From positions 1-59,472 of the IMG/VR virus record IMGVR_UViG_3300010354_000097: a stretch of 59,472 bases of DNA; one strand, 5' to 3'. The stretch is from a virus. Taxonomy: Duplodnaviria; Caudoviricetes. Both the position numbers and the translations under genes were made by a program. Each line of letters opens with the position of its first letter. Position 1 is the stretch's first letter. Below the pieces are notes generated by a model that saw only the letters and a list, made by a program, of their open reading frames with translations, was not told where the DNA came from and did no database searches. Positions 9,945 to 18,812 of this stretch are shown piece by piece.

Positions 9945-11535
9945 GGAAGACGATTTCACCAGTAAACAAAAAGATTACGCTATCTTTTTGCCGGCTATCA
10001 GCGGATTTTATTCTACTTTTATAGGCAAACAAAGAGCCACTGGTAATTATGTTGATCCGGCTCGTATGCCTATTTCTATTAAGGATATGGAACAACTTAA
10101 TTGGCTCAATAGTCAAAAAGGTCTATTTAAATATCAGTGGAGTTTGTATTCGGGCGGTCATGCTAATTTAGATCTTACAGTCAAAGACGACAGCGAGGAT
10201 ATGGTTCGTAATAGAGAGCCGGGCACTTTTATGTTAGGAGATTCGGGCGGATTCCAAATTGCTAAAGGGCTTTGGCCCGGCGAATGGCGTGATCCCACTA
10301 GTGCTCCAGTAAAAGCTAAAATGGCTTCTCTGGTTGCGGCAGGGCCTACTACAATTAAAAACAAAAAAGGCAAAAATGTCACAGTAGATCCAGCTAAACA
10401 ATATCAAGATCAAATTGATGCAGCACAGAAGAAACGAGAAAGTGTTTTGCGTTGGCTGGACGGAATTGCAGATTATGGAATGATTCTAGATATTCCTACT
10501 TGGGTAGTAATTGATAAAAAAGCCGGAGAGGCCTGTGGTATAACTACTCATACTGAAGCAATTGATGCTACCAAATATAACAACGAATACTTTATCGCTA
10601 ATCGTCTTGGTGTAGAAAATGGTGGTGCAAAATTTTTAAATGTATTGCAAGGAGCCAATCACACCGAAGCCGAAGATTGGTATCAGACCATGAAAAAATA
10701 CTGTGACCCAACCCAGTATCCTGGTCGCCATTTCGATGGTTGGGCTATGGGTGGACAAAATATGTGCGATGTCCATCTAATACTTAAAAGATTAGTAGCA
10801 CTACGTTACGACAATTTATTGCAACCTGGTGTGCATGATTGGATGCACTTTCTTGGAACCAGTAAATTAGAATGGGCAGTATTGTTAACAGTACTACAAC
10901 GAGCTATCCGAAAATATGTAAATCCTAATTTTACTATTAGTTTCGATTGTGCTAGCCCGTTTTTAGCCACTGCCAATGGACAAATATATCACGAAATAGA
11001 TTTACCACATCTCAAAAAGTGGACATATCGAATGAGTCCTAGTGTAGATGATAAAAAATATTCTACCGATACTAGATCTATGCGTGATGTTTTCCTACAA
11101 GATTTTCCAGATCGGTTTTCTAAGTTTGACGAAAGTCCTATCAGTTCAAGATGTCAAATTAAAGATATATGTGTATATCGACCCGGAGACCTAAATAAAT
11201 TAGGTAAAGAAGGCAAGACTAGCTGGGATAGTTTCAGCTATGCATTACAAATGGCACACAATGTTTGGACACATATAGAAGCTGTACAAGAAGCTAATCG
11301 ACGATTTGACGCAGGATCTTGGCCGGGTATGTTACAAGATAATCGTCCCAATAAAGATTTGTTTGTACTAATTGTAGATAGAATTTTTTCAGCCAGCACA
11401 AGATCCGAAGCAGAAAAAATAATCGAAGATTACAGTAATTATTGGATTCAAATCGTAGGTGGACGCGGATTTATTGGAAAAAAAGCCATCAATACTACTA
11501 CAACATTCAATCAAAAATTTGAGATACATCAATGA
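9937..11535 (+). CDS. dpdA: tRNA-guanine transglycosylase-like DNA base-exchange enzyme (DpdA family)
   Basis: TGT motifs DSGGFQ, LDIP, NVLQG, GWAMGG, HFLG and SFDCASP; clustered with folE/queD/queE beside the DNA polymerase. Confidence 0.8.
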   Translation: MLEEDDFTSKQKDYAIFLPAISGFYSTFIGKQRATGNYVDPARMPISIKDMEQLNWLNSQKGLFKYQWSLYSGGHANLDLTVKDDSEDMVRNREPGTFMLGDSGGFQIAKGLWPGEWRDPTSAPVKAKMASLVAAGPTTIKNKKGKNVTVDPAKQYQDQIDAAQKKRESVLRWLDGIADYGMILDIPTWVVIDKKAGEACGITTHTEAIDATKYNNEYFIANRLGVENGGAKFLNVLQGANHTEAEDWYQTMKKYCDPTQYPGRHFDGWAMGGQNMCDVHLILKRLVALRYDNLLQPGVHDWMHFLGTSKLEWAVLLTVLQRAIRKYVNPNFTISFDCASPFLATANGQIYHEIDLPHLKKWTYRMSPSVDDKKYSTDTRSMRDVFLQDFPDRFSKFDESPISSRCQIKDICVYRPGDLNKLGKEGKTSWDSFSYALQMAHNVWTHIEAVQEANRRFDAGSWPGMLQDNRPNKDLFVLIVDRIFSASTRSEAEKIIEDYSNYWIQIVGGRGFIGKKAINTTTTFNQKFEIHQ

Positions 11536-12098
11536 AAAGACCTTATATAGATAACGAATCGGAATCGGTGACCTTTTTTATCGGAACCGAAGTAGAGCAT
11601 ACCCCGGCACATGGATTAAAAACTCTTTTTGTAGTCGGCGTACACAAATTCGAAGATATTAAAAAAATATTAGATGATCCACTTATTTCTGCGGGTGGTC
11701 CTATCCAACACATCTATTTTGGAGCAAACATGAGTTTCCCCAAATTAGAAATCAACGACTATCATAATTGGTCACTTTGGGAAATTATGATCGAACACTG
11801 TTTGAACCAAGGTTACCTTTGTACCTTGGATATTCCGGTAGACTGTGTTGAGGGATTACTTGAATCGAATTTATGCGAACATCATCAATTTATTCCGATG
11901 ATTTCGGTTAAATTGCCCTATGTACAACAGCTAGGATATAATGCTACAATTAAACTTGATGACAAGGATTTTGCAGCAACTAATCCTGGCGTTTGGTGCC
12001 ATAGCTTGCATTCATTAATGAAAAGAGATATGGTGTTTACAGATTGGTCTAAATATACCAAGGATCAAATAGTTTCAACAACTTCACAGATTAAATAA
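11532..12098 (+). CDS. Conserved-looking hypothetical protein in the dpd cluster
   Basis: Coupled to dpdA by an ATGA overlap; EVEHTPAHG, HIYFGAN and NPGVWCH motifs. Confidence 0.65.
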   Translation: MKRPYIDNESESVTFFIGTEVEHTPAHGLKTLFVVGVHKFEDIKKILDDPLISAGGPIQHIYFGANMSFPKLEINDYHNWSLWEIMIEHCLNQGYLCTLDIPVDCVEGLLESNLCEHHQFIPMISVKLPYVQQLGYNATIKLDDKDFAATNPGVWCHSLHSLMKRDMVFTDWSKYTKDQIVSTTSQIK

Positions 12099-12113
12099 TT
12101 TTACAGGCAAAAA

Positions 12114-12569
12114 ATGAATCAAAGAGATCAAGCTTTAAAAGAAACACAACAAAGAATTCTTGAAAAAGCAGAAAAGAAAATTTGGGTAACATTTCAAAAA
12201 GAAGGAATTCATTGTTATCCAGCAGCATCGGTAGATCCTATGCTAGCCACTAATGATCAGTATGACGTAAGTTTTCTTGCTTCACCGCATCGTCATATTT
12301 TTCATTTCCGTGTTTGGATCGAAGTGTCACACAATGATCGAGACATTGAATTTATTCAATTTAAACGTTGGCTTGAACAACTTTATACAGGTCAAGAAAG
12401 TGTACTTAAATTGGATTATAAGAGTTGCGAAATGATCGCCGAAGATCTTTTTGCAAAAATTGCTGAACGATATCCACATCGCAGTATTCATATCGAAGTC
12501 AGCGAAGATGGCGAAAATGGTTGTTTTATTAAATTTGATACACACAAACCTCAATTAATTTCTGTTTAA
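12114..12569 (+). CDS. dpdL: QueD-like T-fold protein, DpdL-like (putative CDG decarboxylase)
   Basis: LASPHRHIF fits LxxxHRHxF instead of the QueD CxxxHG motif; also DIEFIQFK, SCEMIA and VSEDGENG. Confidence 0.65.
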   Translation: MNQRDQALKETQQRILEKAEKKIWVTFQKEGIHCYPAASVDPMLATNDQYDVSFLASPHRHIFHFRVWIEVSHNDRDIEFIQFKRWLEQLYTGQESVLKLDYKSCEMIAEDLFAKIAERYPHRSIHIEVSEDGENGCFIKFDTHKPQLISV

Positions 12570-12581
12570 AAGGAACTCAAA

Positions 12582-12830
12582 ATGGCTTCTAATCCCGGTT
12601 ATTACGTTAAACAATATCGTGAAACTACCAAATCCACAGTGGACAAAATTTTCGAGGATCTCGAAAACTTTCAAAACTTTTGTGTAACCTATGGTTACAA
12701 TTATAACCCCGCTTTGCTTTATAAAGAGAATAATGGCATTTATAAAGAATTTGTAAAATTTAGTAAAGGTCGCGAACCACGTAATCGTTGGATCGAAGAC
12801 GCTAAAAAATTTAATAGTGAAAATGAGTAA
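12582..12830 (+). CDS. Hypothetical protein
   Basis: 82 aa with an AAGGA RBS. Confidence 0.6.
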   Translation: MASNPGYYVKQYRETTKSTVDKIFEDLENFQNFCVTYGYNYNPALLYKENNGIYKEFVKFSKGREPRNRWIEDAKKFNSENE

Positions 12831-13332
12831 GAAGTTACAAGAATATATTGATCTTGTTGAATCTGAACAAGATCATCCTAATGGTACTTACGCAGAGGTT
12901 CTTCCTAGTGTTAAATCACTGCGAGTAATTGAAAAAATTATCAGTCAGCTTAAGATTGATAATCCTACTCCTAGTGCGGAAATTCATTGTACTGTAACTT
13001 ACAGTAGGAAACCTTGTCCGTCTCTGGCAGACTACGAACCAGACTTTCCTATGCGAGCCACAGTTAAAGGATTCAAGATTTTTCCTTTACGCACAGGTGG
13101 TAATTGTTTGGTACTTGAACTGTCTAGTCCTGAGATCGAAGAACTACATGAATATGCTCGTAGTTTGGGTTGTACACACGATTACCCAGAGTACACACCT
13201 CATATTACACTTACATATGCATGGCCATCGGATCAATTGCCCGATATGGATCTCAGTAACATTAATTTAATTTTCGATCATTGGGCAGTTAAACCATTGA
13301 ATCCCGATTATATTCCAGGAAAAGAAGAATGA
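12823..13332 (+). CDS. acb1: 2H phosphoesterase, Acb1/T4 gp57B-like anti-CBASS nuclease
   Basis: Two HxT motifs in IHCTVTYSR and YARSLGCTHDYPEYTPHITLTY, closely resembling T4 57B/Acb1 as I recall it. Confidence 0.75.
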   Translation: MSKKLQEYIDLVESEQDHPNGTYAEVLPSVKSLRVIEKIISQLKIDNPTPSAEIHCTVTYSRKPCPSLADYEPDFPMRATVKGFKIFPLRTGGNCLVLELSSPEIEELHEYARSLGCTHDYPEYTPHITLTYAWPSDQLPDMDLSNINLIFDHWAVKPLNPDYIPGKEE

Positions 13333-14516
13333 GAAAACTTTGGTATATGGGCCTTGAACCTTATCAAGGAAGATACACATTACAATTGCAGGATTGGAAC
13401 GAACGTGTATTTCGGCGTCGAGGTATCGACTATGAAATTGTTCTAGGAGATACTCTCAGCAACGATCAAAGCATCGTAACTGGACAAGTATTAGATGCCC
13501 ATGGTCGTACCTATTACAGTTTGAGTCAAATGATGCGTTTGGTTCAACTAATGAAACAGGGTCAAGTAACCAGCAACGATGTTGTTTATTTCGAAGATAT
13601 GTACACGACCGGATTAGATGCGTTGGGTTATATTATGGATCAGGTTGATCCTCAATATCGTCCACGTATCTTTGTTCGTTGTTTGGCACAAACAATTGAT
13701 CCTGACGATTTCCTACATGTTTGGAACATGACTGATTGGATGCGTCATTATGAGGCTAGCACTAATGCTATTATTAAAAAATCCGGAGGAGCTATATTAG
13801 CCACCGATGAAGAAATGGTAGCTCATATGCGTGTTGCTGGTTGGGATGCTCCGATCTATAATATCAGTGGACTAGCGTTTGGCAAGGAAGAAGTACAAAG
13901 TCGAGTTGAAAAGATTAATTCTTTCGATATGAGACCTCTTCGTATTGGATATGCAGCTCGCTGGGACCAGGAAAAACAACCAGGTTTCTTCATGGATCTT
14001 ATTGATGAATGGTATAGAAGATTTCCAAACATGAAACTCGATTTTGCTATTTTCTCTGGCGGTCCTTTACGTAGTAATGATCCAAAGTATGTTACTCGTG
14101 CCCGAGAAATGCAATCAGCTGGCCGATTATCAATCCATGAAAATTTGAAGAAAAATGATTACTATGCACTATTGAATAATACTAGAATCTTGTTTAACTG
14201 TGCATTACAAGATTGGGTTTCAAACACATTAAGTGAAGCCGATGCATTAGGTTGTAATGTATTGTTCCCTGCATATCGTAGCTTCCCTGAAGTATTTTCT
14301 AATGATCATACCAGAATGTATGTTCCTTGGTCTATGGATGATATTATTTCTAAAATTCATTATCTACTAGCTGGTGAGCACCATAATCAAGGAAAAATCA
14401 GTGATTGGACCGATGGGACTATCGATCGTATTTGTGATATTCTAGAAGGTAGTGGTGAACAATGGTCTAGAAATAATAAAAATTATCGAAATCATACATC
14501 TGAGTCTAAATACTAA
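13329..14516 (+). CDS. Glycosyltransferase, GT-B fold (GT4-like)
   Basis: YAARWDQEKQP, NTLSEADALGCNVLFP and SFPEV in the C-terminal GT1/GT4 domain. Confidence 0.8.
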   Translation: MRKLWYMGLEPYQGRYTLQLQDWNERVFRRRGIDYEIVLGDTLSNDQSIVTGQVLDAHGRTYYSLSQMMRLVQLMKQGQVTSNDVVYFEDMYTTGLDALGYIMDQVDPQYRPRIFVRCLAQTIDPDDFLHVWNMTDWMRHYEASTNAIIKKSGGAILATDEEMVAHMRVAGWDAPIYNISGLAFGKEEVQSRVEKINSFDMRPLRIGYAARWDQEKQPGFFMDLIDEWYRRFPNMKLDFAIFSGGPLRSNDPKYVTRAREMQSAGRLSIHENLKKNDYYALLNNTRILFNCALQDWVSNTLSEADALGCNVLFPAYRSFPEVFSNDHTRMYVPWSMDDIISKIHYLLAGEHHNQGKISDWTDGTIDRICDILEGSGEQWSRNNKNYRNHTSESKY

Positions 14517-14517
14517 T

Positions 14518-15465
14518 ATGAAAACAGTCTGTATTACCGGAGGATCAGGTTATATCGGTGGAGTAACTGCTATACATCTAAAAGAACATGGATATCATGT
14601 TTGTGTAATCGATGAATTGCCTCTTCCAGAAAGTCTAAAACCTTTTGTAGATGTATTTGTACAAAGTCGGGCCAGCGATTCCACAACTATTTCTTCTAAG
14701 TACGAGAATATTGTTTTTTGTGCCGGAAGTAGTTTGGTTGGTCCATCGATGACTAATCCCGGTAATTATTATTACAATAATACCGGAGAGTTAGCAAGAT
14801 TTTTAGAATTAATGTCTTTAAATAAATGGAACGGTAAATTAGTTTTTAGTAGTAGTGCTTCGGTCTACGGTAATACAGACAAAATGCCTCTTCACGAGGA
14901 CGACACACTAGACCCAATGAACCCTTATGGCACCAGCAAATTTTTCTGCGAAAGAGTATTAACTGATAGTGTTAATGCATACAAATTTTCTGCTGTATCG
15001 TTAAGGTATTTTAATGCCTGTGGTGCTGATATTCAAGGTCGACACGGACAACCAATTTCTGCGTCTCATATATTTCCGAAGTTATTTTCGGCAATTCAAA
15101 ATAACCAAACATTCCATATTCGAGGAAATCAATATAATACCAATGATGGTACTTGTGTAAGAGACTATATTCATGTTGTTGATATCGCCGAAGCACATCG
15201 ATTAAGTTTGGAAAATAATTTAGAAAAACAACATTACATTTTCAACATCGGAACTGGCACTGGTGTTTCTAATTTAGAGATCGTTAAGGCAACAGAACAA
15301 GTTTTAAACAAAAAAATAGATTATCTAATCGATGACGTAAGGCCCGGTGATCCAGGATTATTAATAGCCGATTGCAACAGATTTAAAAATTATTTCAATT
15401 GGATTCCGAAAAATTCAGACTTAATTACAATCGTTTCATCGTTGCAAAAATGGTACCATGCCTAG
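14518..15465 (+). CDS. galE: UDP-glucose 4-epimerase
   Basis: TGGSGYIG, FSSSASVYG, YGTSK, LRYFNACGA and RDYIHV. Start moved to ATG 14518. Confidence 0.9.
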   Translation: MKTVCITGGSGYIGGVTAIHLKEHGYHVCVIDELPLPESLKPFVDVFVQSRASDSTTISSKYENIVFCAGSSLVGPSMTNPGNYYYNNTGELARFLELMSLNKWNGKLVFSSSASVYGNTDKMPLHEDDTLDPMNPYGTSKFFCERVLTDSVNAYKFSAVSLRYFNACGADIQGRHGQPISASHIFPKLFSAIQNNQTFHIRGNQYNTNDGTCVRDYIHVVDIAEAHRLSLENNLEKQHYIFNIGTGTGVSNLEIVKATEQVLNKKIDYLIDDVRPGDPGLLIADCNRFKNYFNWIPKNSDLITIVSSLQKWYHA

Positions 15466-15826
15466 TAATAATGGAGCCTTTAATTCAAATCCATACTCCA
15501 TTACTTCAAACCAAGTAATGGGTGTATCTCCGGAGTCTAGTGCCAGTTTAAGTGTTAAGGGCGATATTCAAATAACCGGTAGTATCTATCAAAGCAATGG
15601 TAATGAGTTGTTCGAAAGATTAAGCACTATTGAACGTTTACTAGCCATACCTCCAAGAAACCCTGAATTAGAAAAGAAACATCCTGAATTAAAACAACTT
15701 CACCAAGATTACATGAAAGAATTAGAGCAAACATTAAAGGAAAAAAATGCTCGATTGACTATGCTTTCAGAGAAATATATGCTAGAATTAGAGAAGTATA
15801 CAATGTGGGAAAATCTTAAAAAATGA
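15458..15826 (+). CDS. Hypothetical protein with a coiled-coil C-terminus
   Basis: Coupled ORF within the operon. Confidence 0.6.
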   Translation: MPSNNGAFNSNPYSITSNQVMGVSPESSASLSVKGDIQITGSIYQSNGNELFERLSTIERLLAIPPRNPELEKKHPELKQLHQDYMKELEQTLKEKNARLTMLSEKYMLELEKYTMWENLKK

Positions 15827-16194
15827 CTGACTTAGAAAGGGCATTAAACGATGGGCTGGCTCCTTGGAAAGAAATTGAACACCGCACACGACACTTTTGG
15901 ATCTTCCGTGATGGTTACCCGGTCACAGAAGGACATTTGTTATTTGTGCCGACCTACTCAAATTCAGAATGTCTCGAAGCCTGTTTTCGAGCCGCATATA
16001 AATGGGGCTATGACGGAGTCGAACTTGAACGGTGGGACGGATTCAACATTGGACAAAATGTCGGATCGGCAGCTGGTCAAACTGTAATGTATCCACATGT
16101 ACATATGATACCACGTCGAAATGGAGATTGCGAGGATCCGCGAGGCGGAGTACGACATGTAATCCCAAAGAAAGGAAATTATCTTGCAACTTAA
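15823..16194 (+). CDS. HIT family nucleotide hydrolase
   Basis: DGYPVTEGHLLFVP and AGQTVMYPHVHMIPR; first His of HxHxH is replaced by Tyr. Confidence 0.9.
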   Translation: MTDLERALNDGLAPWKEIEHRTRHFWIFRDGYPVTEGHLLFVPTYSNSECLEACFRAAYKWGYDGVELERWDGFNIGQNVGSAAGQTVMYPHVHMIPRRNGDCEDPRGGVRHVIPKKGNYLAT

Positions 16195-17005
16195 CTCAAT
16201 TAACCGTATTCAATTAACTGTAGGAATCATTGGATTAGGTGTTGTGGGGTCGGCTGTGTCTCACTCACTTGAATCGACATCGATGATTAAAATTATTAAA
16301 ATCGACCCAGATCCGAAAAAAAATTGTCATGGAACGTACGAAGAATTAGAAAACGTTGATGCTGTTTTTATTTGTGTTCCTAGTCCAATCGGTAAAGACA
16401 GTAGATATGATGTAACTGCACTAGAAGTATCTTTAGAGAAACTAAGAAATTTTCGTGGTGTTATTATAAGTAAAGTAACTGCTACGCCCGACATTTATCG
16501 ACGATTAGGAAATCTTTATCCAAATTTAGTTCATGTTCCAGAATTTTTAACCGCAGCCAATTCGATAAAAGACTATGCCAATAGTAGATTTATGATCATC
16601 GGCGGAACTGTCCCTGCTTATCAACGGGAAGCTGAAAGAATTATTAGAATTGGTGGGCATGAAGGAGTTAGTTTCAATTTTTGCTCTCTTGAAGAAGCCT
16701 CTATGGCTAAGATATGCATTAATAGTTTTCTAGCGACTAAAGTAATCTTTATGAACGAACTGTATAGATTATGTCAAGTTAATAATATCGAGTTTGATAA
16801 TGTAACTGCATTAATGACCAAAGATGACAGGATTGGAAAAAGTCATATGAAGGTTCCAGGACCTGATGGACATTTCGGATTCGGAGGTATGTGTTTTCCT
16901 AAAGATACCGAAGCATTACTGAACTATTCATACGAATCCCAAGAGTTTCTTAACTTGCTCGATACAGCTATTAAAAAAAATACATTGCTAAGATTGCAAA
17001 AATAA
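16184..17005 (+). CDS. UDP-glucose/GDP-mannose dehydrogenase family protein (short form)
   Basis: GLGVVG, FICVPSP, PEFL, K..NSFLA and GFGGMCFPKD; lacks the C-terminal UDP-binding domain. Confidence 0.85.
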   Translation: MQLNSINRIQLTVGIIGLGVVGSAVSHSLESTSMIKIIKIDPDPKKNCHGTYEELENVDAVFICVPSPIGKDSRYDVTALEVSLEKLRNFRGVIISKVTATPDIYRRLGNLYPNLVHVPEFLTAANSIKDYANSRFMIIGGTVPAYQREAERIIRIGGHEGVSFNFCSLEEASMAKICINSFLATKVIFMNELYRLCQVNNIEFDNVTALMTKDDRIGKSHMKVPGPDGHFGFGGMCFPKDTEALLNYSYESQEFLNLLDTAIKKNTLLRLQK

Positions 17006-17013
17006 AATATAAT
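16985..17013 (+). promoter_or_regulatory. Candidate sigma70-type promoter for folE
   Basis: TTGCTA-17 bp-TATAAT. Confidence 0.5.
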
Positions 17014-17038
17014 GACATCCTCGTCATTAACTCGGAGA
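17011..17038 (+). promoter_or_regulatory. Hairpin or mini-pseudoknot in the folE leader
   Basis: AATGAC-ATCCTC-GTCATT stem-loop followed by AACTC-GGAGA (RBS); the loop is partly complementary to the RBS. Confidence 0.45.
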
Positions 17039-17045
17039 ATATAAT

Positions 17046-17846
17046 TTGACTTACTTACCAAAAACAGAATTTCAAGCCGACACTGATGTTGCCGGTAAAC
17101 ATAATCAACCGGAGTTTGTTCCTTTGGACATTCCAGTCTACACCACTAGCGAAAATGTTACTAAACCCGGACGACATCTTAGCGAAATAATTCGAGAAAG
17201 ACTTAAACGAGATAATGCTCGATTTCATGCTAATGACAATATTAGCGATTACATCAACGAATATGAAATTGACCAACTTGTAGATGAAGTAGCTGAAAAG
17301 TTTCAAGGTGTTCTAAACGCCTTGGTTATTGATACAGAGAACGACCATAATACTCAAGAAACTGCTCGCCGTGTAGCTAAAATGATGGTTAAAGAAACAT
17401 TTAGTGGTCGTTATCGCACTGTACCCAAAGTTACAGCATTTCCTAATATGGGATATAAAAGCCTGTATACTACTGGGCCGATTAGCATTCGTAGTACTTG
17501 TGCTCATCATTTTCAAAACATTGTCGGACGTTGTTGGGTAGGTATTGTACCTGAAGAAGAAGTAATCGGTCTAAGTAAATTTAATCGTATTGTACATCAT
17601 ATTGCTGAACGCCCACAGATTCAAGAAGAACTCACTACACAGATTGCCGATGCTCTTAAACAATATGCAAAAACTGAACATATTGCTGTAGTAGTCAAAG
17701 CCGAACATCATTGTATGACTATGCGTGGTGTCAGAGAACATGAGTCGGATATGACAACTGCTATTATGCTGGGAGCATTTAACACAGATCCAGCTCTTAA
17801 AAAAGAGTTCTATGATATTTGCTTGAGCATGAAAGGCCACGGTTAA
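17046..17846 (+). CDS. folE: GTP cyclohydrolase I
   Basis: STCAHHF, GLSKFNRIV, RPQIQEELT and HHCMTMRGV; TTG start with a GGAGA RBS. Confidence 0.95.
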   Translation: MTYLPKTEFQADTDVAGKHNQPEFVPLDIPVYTTSENVTKPGRHLSEIIRERLKRDNARFHANDNISDYINEYEIDQLVDEVAEKFQGVLNALVIDTENDHNTQETARRVAKMMVKETFSGRYRTVPKVTAFPNMGYKSLYTTGPISIRSTCAHHFQNIVGRCWVGIVPEEEVIGLSKFNRIVHHIAERPQIQEELTTQIADALKQYAKTEHIAVVVKAEHHCMTMRGVREHESDMTTAIMLGAFNTDPALKKEFYDICLSMKGHG

Positions 17847-17847
17847 A

Positions 17848-18261
17848 ATGGCTACCTGGCAGATTTCAAATTACTACAAAAAAGAAGCTGTAGAACGTCA
17901 ATTCTGGACCAAAGACGATCTCACAATTATTAAGTCGGAAGGCTTTAGATGGGGCACTTGGCAATGCGAAAGCGACGAGAAACCCGACATTGACTTAAAC
18001 AATCCCGACGGCTATGAGCTAATGTTTACCGATTATGACTGGGACATGGTAATGATGGACGATGGTTGTTGGCTTGAATGGGATTGGCCCGAGGATATGC
18101 CCGACGAAGAACGCGAACGTATTGAACAACTATGGGACGAAGATTGGTTCGAAGGACTAGAATCTGATGGTTGGTCCAATGACGAAACCGAACATTGGAT
18201 TTATGGTCCTATTAAATTAGTGAATATGGATACCGGCGAAGAATATATAGGAGAGGTATAA
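17848..18261 (+). CDS. Highly acidic, Trp-rich hypothetical protein
   Basis: 137 aa, dominated by D, E and W. Confidence 0.65.
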   Translation: MATWQISNYYKKEAVERQFWTKDDLTIIKSEGFRWGTWQCESDEKPDIDLNNPDGYELMFTDYDWDMVMMDDGCWLEWDWPEDMPDEERERIEQLWDEDWFEGLESDGWSNDETEHWIYGPIKLVNMDTGEEYIGEV

Positions 18262-18539
18262 TGGCTCGTCAAAAGAAAGAATCTGTTGCAGTAAAAGAAA
18301 ATTGGCCGATGGTTGTTGATGGTCGTCATAGTCGATTTGTCTTTAACGAAGATGGTTCGTTCGAACATCACATCGATTGGGATAAATTAGGTCAAGAAAT
18401 TAATCAAGCCATAGCAGACTATGATAAACATAAATCAACTACCAAAACAGAGACCGAAGCCGTTTCCCACAGTGGGACGGAAACACGCGAAGTTTTCAAA
18501 ACTGTTAAAAAGACAAAAACTAAAAAGGTCTCAAAATAA
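18261..18539 (+). CDS. Hypothetical protein
   Basis: GGAGAGG RBS; basic C-terminus. Confidence 0.65.
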   Translation: MARQKKESVAVKENWPMVVDGRHSRFVFNEDGSFEHHIDWDKLGQEINQAIADYDKHKSTTKTETEAVSHSGTETREVFKTVKKTKTKKVSK

Positions 18540-18540
18540 A

Positions 18541-18798
18541 ATGCGTTGGCTTAAAGAAAAAATAAAGGATTGGCTTTTTGACACTTCAATTCAGCCTACT
18601 CCCGAAGTTCGATCTATTAGTTCCGATGGCTTATTCACTTTGGAGGTGTATAGTGCTAATGGTGGCAAAATTTTGGAGTTTCGACGTAATGATCCTAAAT
18701 TGGATCATTATGTATATGATCTATATCTTATCAGTGATGACCAAGATTTCAATGTCGAAGCAGCTAAAATTATTAGTTTAGAGATAATGAAAAGTTAA
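18541..18798 (+). CDS. Hypothetical protein
   Basis: ATG 18541 follows the previous stop; VYSANGGKILEFRR motif. Confidence 0.6.
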   Translation: MRWLKEKIKDWLFDTSIQPTPEVRSISSDGLFTLEVYSANGGKILEFRRNDPKLDHYVYDLYLISDDQDFNVEAAKIISLEIMKS

Positions 18799-18812
18799 TA
18801 AATAGATTTTTA

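Noticed and set aside
9937-11535. Ordinary tRNA-modifying Tgt for queuosine
   Set aside because: It is much longer and more divergent than bacterial Tgt, lacks the C-terminal CxCxxC zinc site, sits beside the DNA polymerase, and no queA/queF/queG is present. A DNA target is more plausible but unproven.
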